In this document: in pieces, positions 47,667 to 58,682 of the stretch
How the letters are laid out: each line of letters opens with the position of its first letter
Position numbering within the stretch: position 1 is the stretch's first letter
From: Cyanophora paradoxa CCMP329
Taxonomy: Eukaryota; Plantae; Glaucophyta
Direction: 5' to 3'
Assembly: GCA_004431415.1 (NCBI GenBank)
Contig: QPMI01000088.1
Span: 62,001-126,000 of the forward strand
Length of the DNA: 64,000 nucleotides
Made by a program: the position numbers and the translations under genes
Notes under the pieces: generated by a model
What the model saw: the letters and a program-made list of their open reading frames with translations, nothing else
Databases searched by the model: none
Told to the model about the DNA's origin: nothing

Positions 47667-48660
47667 ATGCAGTTCGTCGCCGGCGCCGCGGCGCCGGTTG
47701 CGCGGGCGCGTCGGTCAGACTTCCTAGGAGTCTCTGCACGCACGCTGACGTGCCCATCCGCCGTCCGTGCACGGCGGACGCCTCGAGCTCAGTCGCCTAT
47801 CATGGCGAGCTCGAGCTCGAGCTCGGATTCAGGCAAGAAGTCGGTCCTGTTCGTGTGTCTCGGCAATATCTGCAGATCTCCAGCCGTGCGTCTTCTATGC
47901 GATGCCTATGGACGCAGAGCCGGAACGTCCGCCCGCCGCGGCGCGGCACTGAACTGTCATTATTTGTTTTTTGCAGGCGGAGGCGACATTCAAGCACTAC
48001 ATCAGCGAGGCCGGTCTGGCCGATAAGTTCGAAATGGACAGGTGCAGATGCGACCTATAAAGAGCGGCCTGAGAAGCACCACTCGGCAATTTAGTTAGAG
48101 CAATACATCTGGCTAACACTAGTCGCAGTTGCGGCATCGGATGTGAGATGGAGGGGCATGTTGGCGACCCGCCCGATCGGTGAAATCAGCCCACGCATGC
48201 CAAGGACCCATCGGATCTGACTTATGCACTCCCTTGCAGCCGGATGCGAGCTGTTGCTCGAGAACGGGGTATCCCACTGGACGGCAGGGCGCGGCAATTT
48301 GTTCCTGCTGACTTCGAAAAGTTCGATGTAAGTTTGGCTGCATTGCCTGCATCCACTCTTAAGTTTTGTGGTGCAGCTCATCCTCTGCGCTGATGCTGGC
48401 AATAAACGTGGTGTGATGTCAATGGACCGAATGAATCAGTATGAAAACAAAGTCAAGGTGCTTCTTCCTTACCCTTTTTTATGATATCTGATTGGCAAGA
48501 ATTCTGATTCACTGTGCAGATGATGACCGAGTTCGTGACAGACAAGCAGAAATTCCCTGACGCATCTGTGCCGGACCCATATTACCAGGGCAACTTTTCT
48601 TATGTGTTTGACCTGCTTACAAACATGAGCCAGGGGCTCCTCGAATCCCTTTCGGATTGA
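47667..48660 (+). CDS. Low-molecular-weight protein tyrosine phosphatase, probably plastid-targeted
   Basis: MQFV transit peptide; P-loop VLFVCLGNICRSPA, GHVGDPPD, RARQ, VPDPYY; TGA 48658-48660. Confidence 0.92.
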
Positions 48661-48822
48661 TTGCAGTCATTCCTGAAGCATTCAATTAAACAGACAATAA
48701 CCTGCCGCAGTGCCAGACTGATTGTGAGAGCAACTGTTCATTACCGCTCCTTTTATTGTGAATGTTAACTTGTGAAGGCAACCAGCTAAATTTCCCTATC
48801 TACTATTAACAGGATGAAACAT

Positions 48823-49809
48823 CTACACGCTCTGCTCCATAGATGCTGTGGTGGCTGCTGCTTGTGCGGCCAACGCCTTCGTTGAGGGTGGGGGCCCGTC
48901 TCGCCGCGACTTCGTTTTTGCAGGCACATCCTGGAAGCGACCCATCTTCCACAGGGTTGATGCGTCCTGTAGTTAAACTGATGAGCGCCATACTCACAGA
49001 GGGGCGCTGCCAGTGCTCACCGGAATCTGGTTCTGCTGCTCGGTGTGGATCATATGGCCCAAGGAGGCCCGGGTGTGCATGACGGGAATCTTCTGCTTGC
49101 TAACGCTGGCAGCGCTCGCTGAAGCCTCCGCCGCCGCGTTGAATTCAGCGGCGAACTCGTTCTTTATCAGCTTCTCTAAGGGCTGCGGCAGGGGTCAGCG
49201 CCTCGGCGAGCAGAAGGTGGGAACCACAAGCCACTCACAGTCGATGGCCGGCCGGGCTTTCCATATGTGTGAATAGGATCGTGGTTGCTGGGGAGAGAGG
49301 ACGGGGTCGCGGATGTGTTCTTGCCTGCGGGTGCTGGTGTCAGCAAAGAACGTTAGCTAGAGCGCTGGGGGGGTGGTAACCTGTCTTCAAGCGTGCGTCG
49401 TGGGTCAGACGGAACTCCTGCTGCTGCTTGGCAGTGACATAGCCCTTGCGGATGCTCGCGTAATTGAGCGCCTTGAAGTCACGGCCAGGGAGGGCGTCTG
49501 GATTCGGTTTGTGCTCCACCCACTGGCTAACGAGCGCACCCGCTGTGACAAGGACATCAGCTCGACCTGCAGCGCGGCGCGCCACGCCCGGGGCACGGCG
49601 AAGGCGCACCGCCCTCTGGATCACCCGGCAGCTTCTTGCCGAATGTGAAGCCGGGGTCTTCCGGCAGGTCGTATGTTGTCTGTCTAGTTCTTCCGAGCTC
49701 TGGCCGCACCAGCAGCATGTTCTGCGCACGGAGAGGGCGTCGGCTGCAGCGCACTATGCGCGGGTCGGCTGCCGCGCACGATGGGGTGATTCGGAGCTCC
49801 GCGCGACAT
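48823..49809 (-). CDS. CFAP77: Cilia- and flagella-associated protein 77-like
   Basis: LLVRPELGRTRQTTYDLP..FTFG, PGRDFKALNYASIRKGYVTAKQQQEFR, TYGKPGRPSTPLEKLI, HTRASLGH, LWKMGRFQDVP. Confidence 0.8.
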
Positions 49810-50018
49810 CGTGCCTGTGCCCAGAGCCTGGCCCCGCTTTGCTCGTTCTGCCTGACTGCTTGGCCGGGTTCTTGGAATAGCAGTCGTTGATTCCGTACCC
49901 CAAATATGGTTCTTCCCCCCAGATCAAATTCGACGCTGAGCTCGAGCTGCGCCGCTGCTAGCTGCACGCTCGAGCTCCATATGCATCAAATTTGCGAAGG
50001 CTGGCCGGGCTGAAGCGG

Positions 50019-50364
50019 GAGAGCGCGGGCAAGAGCGCCCAACGCAAAAGAGGCCCCGGGGACAAAAGCGCCACTGCCGGGAATTGAACCCGGGTCACCT
50101 GCGTGACAGGCAGGTATACTGACCGCTATACTACAGCGACGGTTGGAGGATCGGATCCACCCGAGGAACCGTGTCAGCTAAGATCCCTCTGCACGTTTGA
50201 GCTCAGGTGCAGCTGCGATCGGGCGCTGCAGGCGGCGAGCGGCGAGCGGCGGCAGTCCTTCGGGAAGCGCTCTCACTCGGCAGGTGGAAGCGGAGCGAAG
50301 CGCGGCACCGCGGGAGCACGAGCGCGGGGTCAGCGCAGGCGAACGCGAGCGCGGCACTCGAGCA
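50019..50364 (-). repeat. tRNA-Asp cassette copy 2
   Basis: Inverted homolog of 10424-10770. Confidence 0.9.
50069..50140 (-). tRNA. tRNA-Asp(GTC), identical to 10648-10719
   Basis: Exact reverse complement of the first copy; followed by a T-run on the minus strand. Confidence 0.97.
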
Positions 50365-50579
50365 GCTTCTCGAGCTTGGCTTTCAAGCTACAGCTCCTTC
50401 GGGGTTCCGCGAGGGCTCCGTGCGCGCTGCGATCGAGCGCTGCAGGCGGCGGCGAGCGGCAAACGCCTTCAAGAAGCGCGCTCCGGAGCACTGGGGCCAG
50501 ACTGTCCCGCAGTCCTGCTGGTATCCAAATGCTTGCTTGGCTCGCTACGATCGCATCTTCGTGTCAGCCTGCGGAAGCC

Positions 50580-51729
50580 ATGTCCTCAGGCTCAGCATAT
50601 GCATCGGCCACAGCTGACCGCTCCAAGGCTGCCCCCGCCGCATACGCACCCACCTTCGAGGCGGAGGACTCGCGCGCAACAGCGGCGGTCAAGTCACGGC
50701 TGCCCCAGCCCGGCCCACTTCCCCTCGCGGCCAGAGGGTCGCCGCCCCCCGCGAACGCCGCCCACGAGGAGTGGCTGCGGCTGGAAGAGCGTCTCTCCAG
50801 CTACGGCCTCCGTGAGCGTAAGATCGATGGTGCGCCGAGCACCCGTGCTCAGCGGCTGCTGCGGCGATGCGGCTACAACCCTCACGCTGTGCATGTGCCG
50901 CCGCCTGCAGGGGACGGCAACTGCCAGTTTAGGGCCTTCAGTGACTCGCTGTACGGCACCCCGAGCCACCACGACAACCTCCGCATGCTGGCCGTCTCCC
51001 ACATCCGCAGCAACAGAGGTACGCGACGGCCCCTGCTCTTGAATTTAGAATCTGCAGGCTAGCGCACCGATCGGGAATGCCCCCCACCTCCTGCTTCCTT
51101 CGAATTCGGCCACCTCGCCGCTCGTTTCCCTTCCTGACGCGCCCCTTCGCCCAGCGCTCTTCGAGGCATTCCTGCCGGAGCCCTTCGAGGAGTGGGCACT
51201 CCCCGGGCCCCACTGGGCCAGAAGTTATACTACGCGAGACCCTTACCCTGGCGGCACAGGTACTGCACGAAGATGCTCAAGCTGGGCACCTGGGGCGACG
51301 CATGTACCCTGAAGGCCCTGAGCGACTACTTCGGGTGCAGCTGGCCTTGCCCCCTCCCCCCCTCCCCCACCCCCCGCACACACACACACCCCTTCCTCCT
51401 CCCCTGTTCGCCTGACGTTCCCTCTTCCTGCCGGCGCAGCTGCGAGGTGAACCTCATCACGTCGTACCCCACGAACTGGTTCCTGCGGGTGCGACGGCAC
51501 ATGCCGCCCCTCCCGCCCGCCGCTGACGGTCTCGCTCGCCTGGCGAGCAGGTGCTTCCGGAGGCGAAAAAGACGAACAAGGAGGTCTGGCTGTGCTTCCA
51601 CGCGGAGGTGCGCACGCACACATTTTCTCGGCCTTCTCGCCTCCCGGTACCCCTCGGACCGAGCTCCCGGGGGCGCAGGTGCACTACCAGTCCCTGGAGA
51701 TCGCGTTCCCTATCTTCTCGGACCGATAG
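50580..51729 (+). CDS. OTU-family deubiquitinase
   Basis: GDGNCQFRAFSDSLY catalytic Cys loop, GTWGDACTLKALSD, WLCFHAEVHYQSL His motif; resembles the plant OTU9-12 type. Confidence 0.9.
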
Positions 51730-52261
51730 CCGGCCCTGGGCCACCCGCCGCCTTCCCTCGAGCTACCCTCCCGGAGTCCCCCTCCAAAGCTATCGCTCCT
51801 CCCGTCCCTCCGTCCCTCTGAACTCCCCCATTTCCTCCCTCGCTCTTGTGTTCATGCTGTGTCTTCAAGTCTGCACGCGCCACGCTTTTCGAACTCAATA
51901 AGCAAGCTCCGCGCGCGCTCCCGGAGTCGACGTCGACGTCCGCTCTGCTTAGCATATAGCTAGTAGCTGACTCAGTGAAGGCGCGCAGTGGCGTGCGAGC
52001 AGCGCCGAGCTCGAGCACTATACATGTATACGTACATGTTCACGTCAGCCGCAGTAAGACCGGGCACGCAAGCCCCTCGGAGTCCCCCTCCGCTCCATCT
52101 GTTCGCACTAGCTCGCTTCTCCCACCGCTCTCCGAGGCTCCTCCTCCGGGCCTCGCAGACCTGGCCATCCTCCGCGCGAGGCGGGAGGCTACCCCCGGCT
52201 CCCCCGCCAGGCGGCCCGGGGGCAGCTACGCGCGTGCTCATGTACAGGGGGCCGGGGGGCG

Positions 52262-53914
52262 CTACTTGAGGTGGAGGGGTTTCTTGCGCTGGGCGACGAG
52301 GGTGTCGCCGGGGGTGGCGACGAGGCCGGCCGGCCCGACGCTCGTCTCGGTGAGCAGCGGCTTGAAGCCGAGCTCCTCCACGGGGATGCCGAACTCCCGC
52401 AGCTTCGACTCGTACACCCGGATGACGTCGTTGTGCGCCTGCGGCCCCGTCGGCCGCCGCCCCGCAGCGCGCCGGCAGCGCGGGGGAGGGGCACGGCAAA
52501 GCGGGGCGGACCTTGGAGAGGCGGGCGACCTCGTACTGGAGGTCCTTGATGGCCGTGTTCTTCGCCTCCAGCACGTCGTCCAGCTTCTTCGTCACCCGCT
52601 GCAGGTCCGCCGGGTTCAGGTTCGACGCCGCCAGCACCTCCGACAGCTGCGCCTCCTTCTTCTCGAACGCGTCGTTCAGCGCCTCCAGCTTCTTCTCCAG
52701 CAGCAGGTTCCTGAACCCCGCCTGCGCCCCCCCGCGTCAGCCGCGCCGCCCGCGACCGCCCGCGCCCCCCTTGCCCGGCCGGCGCGCCTTCTGCTGGACG
52801 TCGTATATCGTCGACTCGAACTTGTCGTACAGCTCGTCCCGCTCCTTCTGGACCTGCGCGGGCCGGCGGCGCCTCAGCGAGCCGCGCGGGGCGAGCGGCG
52901 GGCGCCCCCCGCGCGGCGCGCCTGCGCGAATCGCTGCTCGAGGATCTCGTGCTCCCACTGGAGCGCCTTGTGCTGGCCCTCCATCTGCAGGAGCCGCGCC
53001 TTCGCGTTCTGCAGCGACATCTTGTCCTGCGCCGCCCGTCAGCGCCGGGCAGCGCCGTGCGCCGCGGGCCGCGCGGGGGCGCGGGGGGGCGCGCCTTCTG
53101 GTAGTTGTGCAGCTCGTGCCTGAGCTGGTCCACCTCCTTCAGGGCGTGCGCGAGCGGCTCCGAGAGCTTCTTGTTCTCCTGCGGGGCGCGTCAGCCCGCG
53201 CCGCCCTCCCGCCCGCGCGCCGCCGCCCCCGCCCCCGCCCCAGCTCGCCTGTGCGATCTCGAACATGAGCTTCTCGTTCTGCGCCTCCTTCTTCTTCATC
53301 TCCGCCACCTCCTCCTGCGCGCCCGCTCAGCCGGGCGCGCGTGCGGGGCGGGGGCGGGGGCGCGGCGCGCCTTGAGGGACTTGATGAGATCGAGGTTGTT
53401 GTGCGTGATGTCGTTGTAGTAGTTCTTGATCTGGGGGGGAGGCGGTGAGTGGCCGTCCCCCGGCGGGCCGCCCCTCCGCCCTTCGGCCGCCCCCCTCCCC
53501 CTCTCCCCAGCCCCGCAACCCCCGCGCACCTCGCCGAAGGCCTTCTCGTGCTTCTTCATGAGCTCGTTGATGTGCGTGTTCTTGCGCTCCTCGATCTCGT
53601 GGATCTGCCGGCCGCCCCGCCGCGTCACGAGCCCCGAGCGAGAGGCCCCGCGGGGCCAGCGGGGAGCGGGGGGCCGGCGGACGCGCCTCGTTCTTGCGCC
53701 GCAGCTCAAGCTCGTCGCGCAGCATCTTCATCTTCTTCTCGTACTTCTGCTGCAGCTCCTGCTCCCCGGGGCCCGCCCCGCGTCAGGGTCCCGCCCGCGC
53801 CCGCCCCGCCAACGCCCTCGGACCTTGGCCGTCCGCTCGAACTCTTGCCGCAGCTTTGTTATGTTCTTGTCGTGCTCCTGCGGGGCGCGAGGGGCCGCCC
53901 GGGTCGGCGCCCGC

Positions 53915-53950
<36 letters not shown>

Positions 53951-54848
53951 ACGAGCTTAAGCGTCTTCACGTAGTCCTCGTGCGCGAGCTCCTGCTCCTT
54001 CAGCTCCATCCGCAGCGTCCGCTTGTCCTTCTTCAGCTCGCCTTCTCTTGCCCTGCGGCGAGGGCGCTCGGCCGGCGGGCGGCGCGCGGCGGCCGGCGGG
54101 CCCGGTGCGAACCTGAACTCGTCCTGTAATAGCTTGATCGCAGTCTCGCCGTCCGCCTTCAGCACCGTCACGTTGTTGTTGTGCTCGTACAGCAGATGCT
54201 TGACTTTTTGCTTGTACACCTGCGGGGCGCGGCGGCACGGGTCAGGCCCCTGCGCTGCGCGCGAGAAGCGTGCACTCCGCTCTGCCGGTGCGCAGCAGGC
54301 CGCGGGGCGGGCGGGGACGCGGAGCTCGCCTTGATCTCAACCTGGTGCCGCTCCTCCATCTCCTCCATCTCGCGGTCCTTGTTCCGCAGCTCTGCCTTCT
54401 TGTCCTCCAGCTCCTTCTTAGTGATCTCCCAGAAGGTGTTGATCTTGTCCTGCGCGGCAGCGGCGCGGCGGGGCGCCGAGCGTTGGTGCGTGGGGTTGCA
54501 GCGGCCGGGCTGGCGCGCACTCGTTCTAGCTGGAAGTAGTTGCGCTCTGCCTGTTCCTTGATGAGCTCCTCTGTGAGAGTGCTGATCCGCTGCTGCAGCT
54601 CCTCCGGAGACACCATCTGTTCGCCATCTCCTGTCTTGGACGCTGCTGACCCGGGCTTCTTGCCCTTGTCGCCTCCCTTCTTCTTTGCTCCGCCCTTGCT
54701 CTTCTTCGGCGGCTGCACACGCGGCAAGGCGTCAGCCAGTGCGTCGGGTCGGCCGAAGCCCAGACCAGCTCACAGGCCCCGCCGAGCCCCCGACGGCCCC
54801 AGCCCTCTAGATGCTATCCCCGCGTCTGGTCCGGGCGCCCCGCACCAT
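52262..54848 (-). CDS. GAS8: Dynein regulatory complex subunit 4 (GAS8/PF2), 15 exons
   Basis: [84 protein letters not shown]. Confidence 0.96.
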
Positions 54849-55078
54849 CGCTGCCGCTCGAGCTGGATGTGCACTCCAAAAAGCCGATTGGGGTACGCCT
54901 GCGTCGGACGCCCGGGTACCATTCGTTCGTGCGGATCCGCAGCGCTATCAACCGGGGCGGCGAGCCGCGGCCAGGGCCGTGAGGTGCGATAGCTCTTTAC
55001 GAACGCGGGGAGGTTTCTTCCGACCGTAACGTCCGCCGCCGCGCCTCCAGGTCGTTGTCCGGCACATCCGGTTTCGCC

Positions 55079-57966
55079 ATGGCGTCAGATCAGTCCCAGG
55101 AGGTTCGAGTCGCCCCCGGCGATACCCTGTGGTCGATCTCGCGCAAGAGCGGCGTGCCGGTCGATGTCCTCTGCGGTGTGTCAAACTTGCGCGCCACTGG
55201 CGGCATCCGGCTTTTGGTTCCCCGCGCCGCGGCTGACGCGGTTTTCGTTGCCTCCCCGCAGCGTTCAATGGCATCGTTGGCTCAAATCTGCAAGTGGGGC
55301 AGAAGATTCAGATTCCCGGCGCGATCAACCCGTCTATGAGCAGCCGGATTCCCGCGCCCGCGAGCCCACCTGCGCCAGCCCCAACTCCAGTTCGCCAGCA
55401 TAGCCAGGGTGCCTACAGCTTTCAGTCGCCGCTCACAATTCCCGAATTCGGCGAGGAGCTCTTTTCAACTCCGCGGCGGGAATTCCAGCACTCGACGACC
55501 TCCTTCCTCATCGGCGGCCGCTCAGCGAATTCGAACGATTCCGTAGTATCTCCGAGCATTCCGGCCTCACCGCTCGTTGTCGAGAAGCCGGCCGAGCGCG
55601 AAGGCCGGCCCCGCGCGCCGAAGCCTGCCACGGGCGCCAGCCAGCGCCACACCGTTCAGCGCGGCGAAACCCTCGTTCGTATCGCGACGCTGCACAACGT
55701 GTCAGTCGAGGAAATCATGGAGGCGAACCATCTGGCGAGCTCGCTGATTCAAGTCGGCAGCAACCTGCGCATTCCGCCTCCCTCGGGCAACTCGCCGGTC
55801 GCCACCCTCGCCTTGGCGAACAGTGTTATTTCTTTCAATGAGCCGTTTTCCCGCGTTCCGGAGAACCGGGCGGTTCTCGTGTCGACCTCCTCGCCTTCCG
55901 AGCCCACTTCTCGCATCTCTTCCCCCTCCCCGGTTCGGGAGATCACCTTCCCTTCCCCCGCCATCTCCCGCGACCCCTCTCCTATCCGGGACGCCTCCCC
56001 CGCCCCAGCGATGACCCCCCTCGCCTTCGTCCCGCCGGTCGTCCCTCCCACCACGTCGGCCAGCCCCGCGGCGCCCGCGCAGAAGATGTCGAAGCAGCAG
56101 CCTTCTTCCAACTACACGGTGAAGCGCGGCGACACGATGGTTCGCATCGCGCGGATCCACGGCATCACGCTGGAGGAGCTTATGGAGCTGAACCGCATGA
56201 GTTCGCCCGACATCCGCATCTCCCAGAAGCTCGTCGTGCCCAGCGTCAGCTCCACCGCCGCCGACGCCGCCCCGGCGGCCTTCGCCACTCCCGCCACCGT
56301 CCCGCCCCCCGCCGCCGCCGCGCCTCCCGCCCCAGCCGCCGTCGCGGCCTCTCCCGTCGCACAGCCCACGATGCCGGTCGAGCCTCGCCCCGCGGCGCCG
56401 GCGCCGGCCGCGTCCGCCCCGGCCTCGGTGCCTGCGCCGCCGGTCGCTGCGGCGAAGCCCCAGGCGCAGGCCCGCTCGGAGTCTCCGGTTCATCGCCACT
56501 CGCAGGCGCAGGAGTCGCGCGCCGAGTCGCACTCCCCCGTGCGGCGGACCAGCCCCGGCCGCGCCCAGCACAGCCTGAACAACTTCGGCTCCTACACCGT
56601 GAAGCCCGGCGACACGCTGCTCAAGATCGCCACCGTCATGAACGTGCCGCTGACGGCGCTCATGCACCACAACGGCCTGGACCTCACCAACACCATCCGG
56701 CCCGGTCAGGTCGGCCTCTTCTCCTTCTTCTCTCTTCTGCCGCTTTCTGTCAACGTGCTCTGATCGTCCTCTCGGCAGGTCCTCATCGTTCCGCCGCTGG
56801 GGTCGCGCCGGGGGGAGACGGCGCGCCTGCGCCCCGACTCGGACACGGAGAGCGACAGCGAGCACAGCCACGGCCACGGCCACGCGCACGGCCACGCGCA
56901 CAAGCACGAGGCGGGCCACCACGAGCACAAGCCGGTGGCCACCATCGGCGAGGCGGCGACGCGGGCGTTCCAGAGCGCCATCTCGGCGATCACGCACCCG
57001 CACGGGCACAAGCAGAAGGCGGGCCCCACAAAGAATCGCGGCTTCCACACGGTCAAGGCCGGCGACTCGCTGCAGTCCCTCGCCCTCGAGTACGGCGTCT
57101 CGGCCCAGGCCATCCGCGACTCGAACCCGGAGCGGGTTCGCCCCTCCCCTCGCTTTCTTTCCCCTTCTTTCTTCGCGTCTGACGGCATCGCGCAGGTCAA
57201 GGGCTCGGTCATCTACGTGGGCGACACGCTCACCATCCCGCCGCCGCCCAAGCCGGTGTTCGCTAAGCCGGTCATCTCGGGCGGCTGGATCTCGTCGCTC
57301 TTCGGCTGGCGCTGGGGCCGCATGCACGAGGGCGTCGACGTCGCGGCGCCCGTGGGCACGCCCATCCACGCCACGCAGGCCGGCGTCGTCCGCCGCGCCG
57401 GCTGGTTCGGCGCCTACGGCTACCTCGTCGAGATCCTCCACATGAACGGCGCGCCCCGACCCGCTTCGCGTGATCGCGGCCGCGCTGACGCCGCGGGGCA
57501 GGCTTCATCTCGCGCTACGGCCACGTCTCGGAGATGTTCGTCAAGGAGGGCCAGCGCGTCGAGCGCGGCGACAAGATCGCTGCCGTCGGAAAGTGCGCGG
57601 TCTGGGGGAGGGGGGCAAGGGGGCGCTCCCGCTCTCTGGTCTGGCTCTGAAGCTCCCTTGCTGCGCAGCACGGGCCGCAGCACGGGCCCGCACCTCCACT
57701 TCGAGCTCCGACGCCACGGCGCCGCCGTGAACCCGATGGACTACCTCGACATGGTGCCCCCTCCCCCCGCCGTCGTCCTGCGAGCGCGCTTGCCAACGCC
57801 CTGCGCGCGCAGCGGTGCTGAGGCGCGAGCGGCTGGCGCTCTAGTCTTTCTTTCCCTTTGGCTGGGATAGCGGTGGTATATTGGTTGGCTCCAGGTGTCG
57901 CCCCCGGCGCAGCGTGCGCCGGGGCGCGCCGAAGAGCAGTCGTTATTTTTCATTCGCCCCAGGTAG
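55079..57966 (+). CDS. 5x LysM + M23 metallopeptidase (NlpD/DipM-like peptidoglycan hydrolase), intron-containing; last exon uncertain
   Basis: LysM motifs VRVAPGDTLWSIS, HTVQRGETL, YTVKRGDTM, YTVKPGDTL, HTVKAGDSL; M23 motifs SSLFGWRWGRMHEGVD, SRYGH, GNTGRSTGPHLHFELR. Confidence 0.93.
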
Positions 57967-58682
57967 ACTAGGCGGGGTTTGTCTTTCTAATATCTGAGGC
58001 TACTTTGATTAGCTATAGAGCAGTTGCGGTTTTGCTCATCCCTTCTGCCCATAATTCCCTCAGATCGAGTCTTGTTTGATGTGCGTGGGCTGTCAGTTCC
58101 CGCGATTGATGATACCCCTCTGTATCCATACTGTTTCACACCAGATTTTACTTCGCCCTGTGTGGCTCGCAAACTCTGTACCTTCTACAGTGCTTTTTGA
58201 TTTTGGAAACGAAATGCCGGTGTCGCATATGCCTTCGCTTGCTATCCCGGGCGGATTGGGGCGTCGTTAGGCCACTAGTACTGGGAGTTTGCATCGAGGA
58301 CAACGAATTCGGATATTGTGGATCATCGGATGACCTCGACCCGGTGACCGTCGGACATCGAGCAAATAGCAGATACTGTGACACTGTGTGACATGCGCTA
58401 ACCTCAGTGACCTTCCTAATCATTTCAATCAAAATTGAATCATATGAGTTGACACAAGCTTTAATTTGAAGCCTTGATCGATATCATGATGCTTCGACTC
58501 GGCGAATTCATGATCAAGGCTTCGAATTCAAATCTTGAATAAACTTGATCATGAAAAAGTTCGACAGAGTAAACTCCACGATTACTGATTACTGCTTCTG
58601 AATTCAAATATCAGGATTACTGTGAGCGTACGTATAGGGTGTTGCTGTCCTGCTTTTCACAGGCAAGTTCAACGGTTCACGC

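Noticed and set aside
48823-54848. CFAP77 + GAS8 as a ciliary gene cluster, or MRE11/POLD4/RUVBL2/SIVA as a repair cluster
   Set aside because: Interspersed with unrelated genes; these categories are large enough to co-occur by chance
55702-57441. 579-aa minus-strand ORF (and 17630-19066 +) as overlapping genes
   Set aside because: Antisense shadows of strongly GC3-biased coding exons
55079-57966. LysM-M23 gene as bacterial contamination
   Set aside because: It has spliceosomal introns of the local style and sits head-to-head with GAS8
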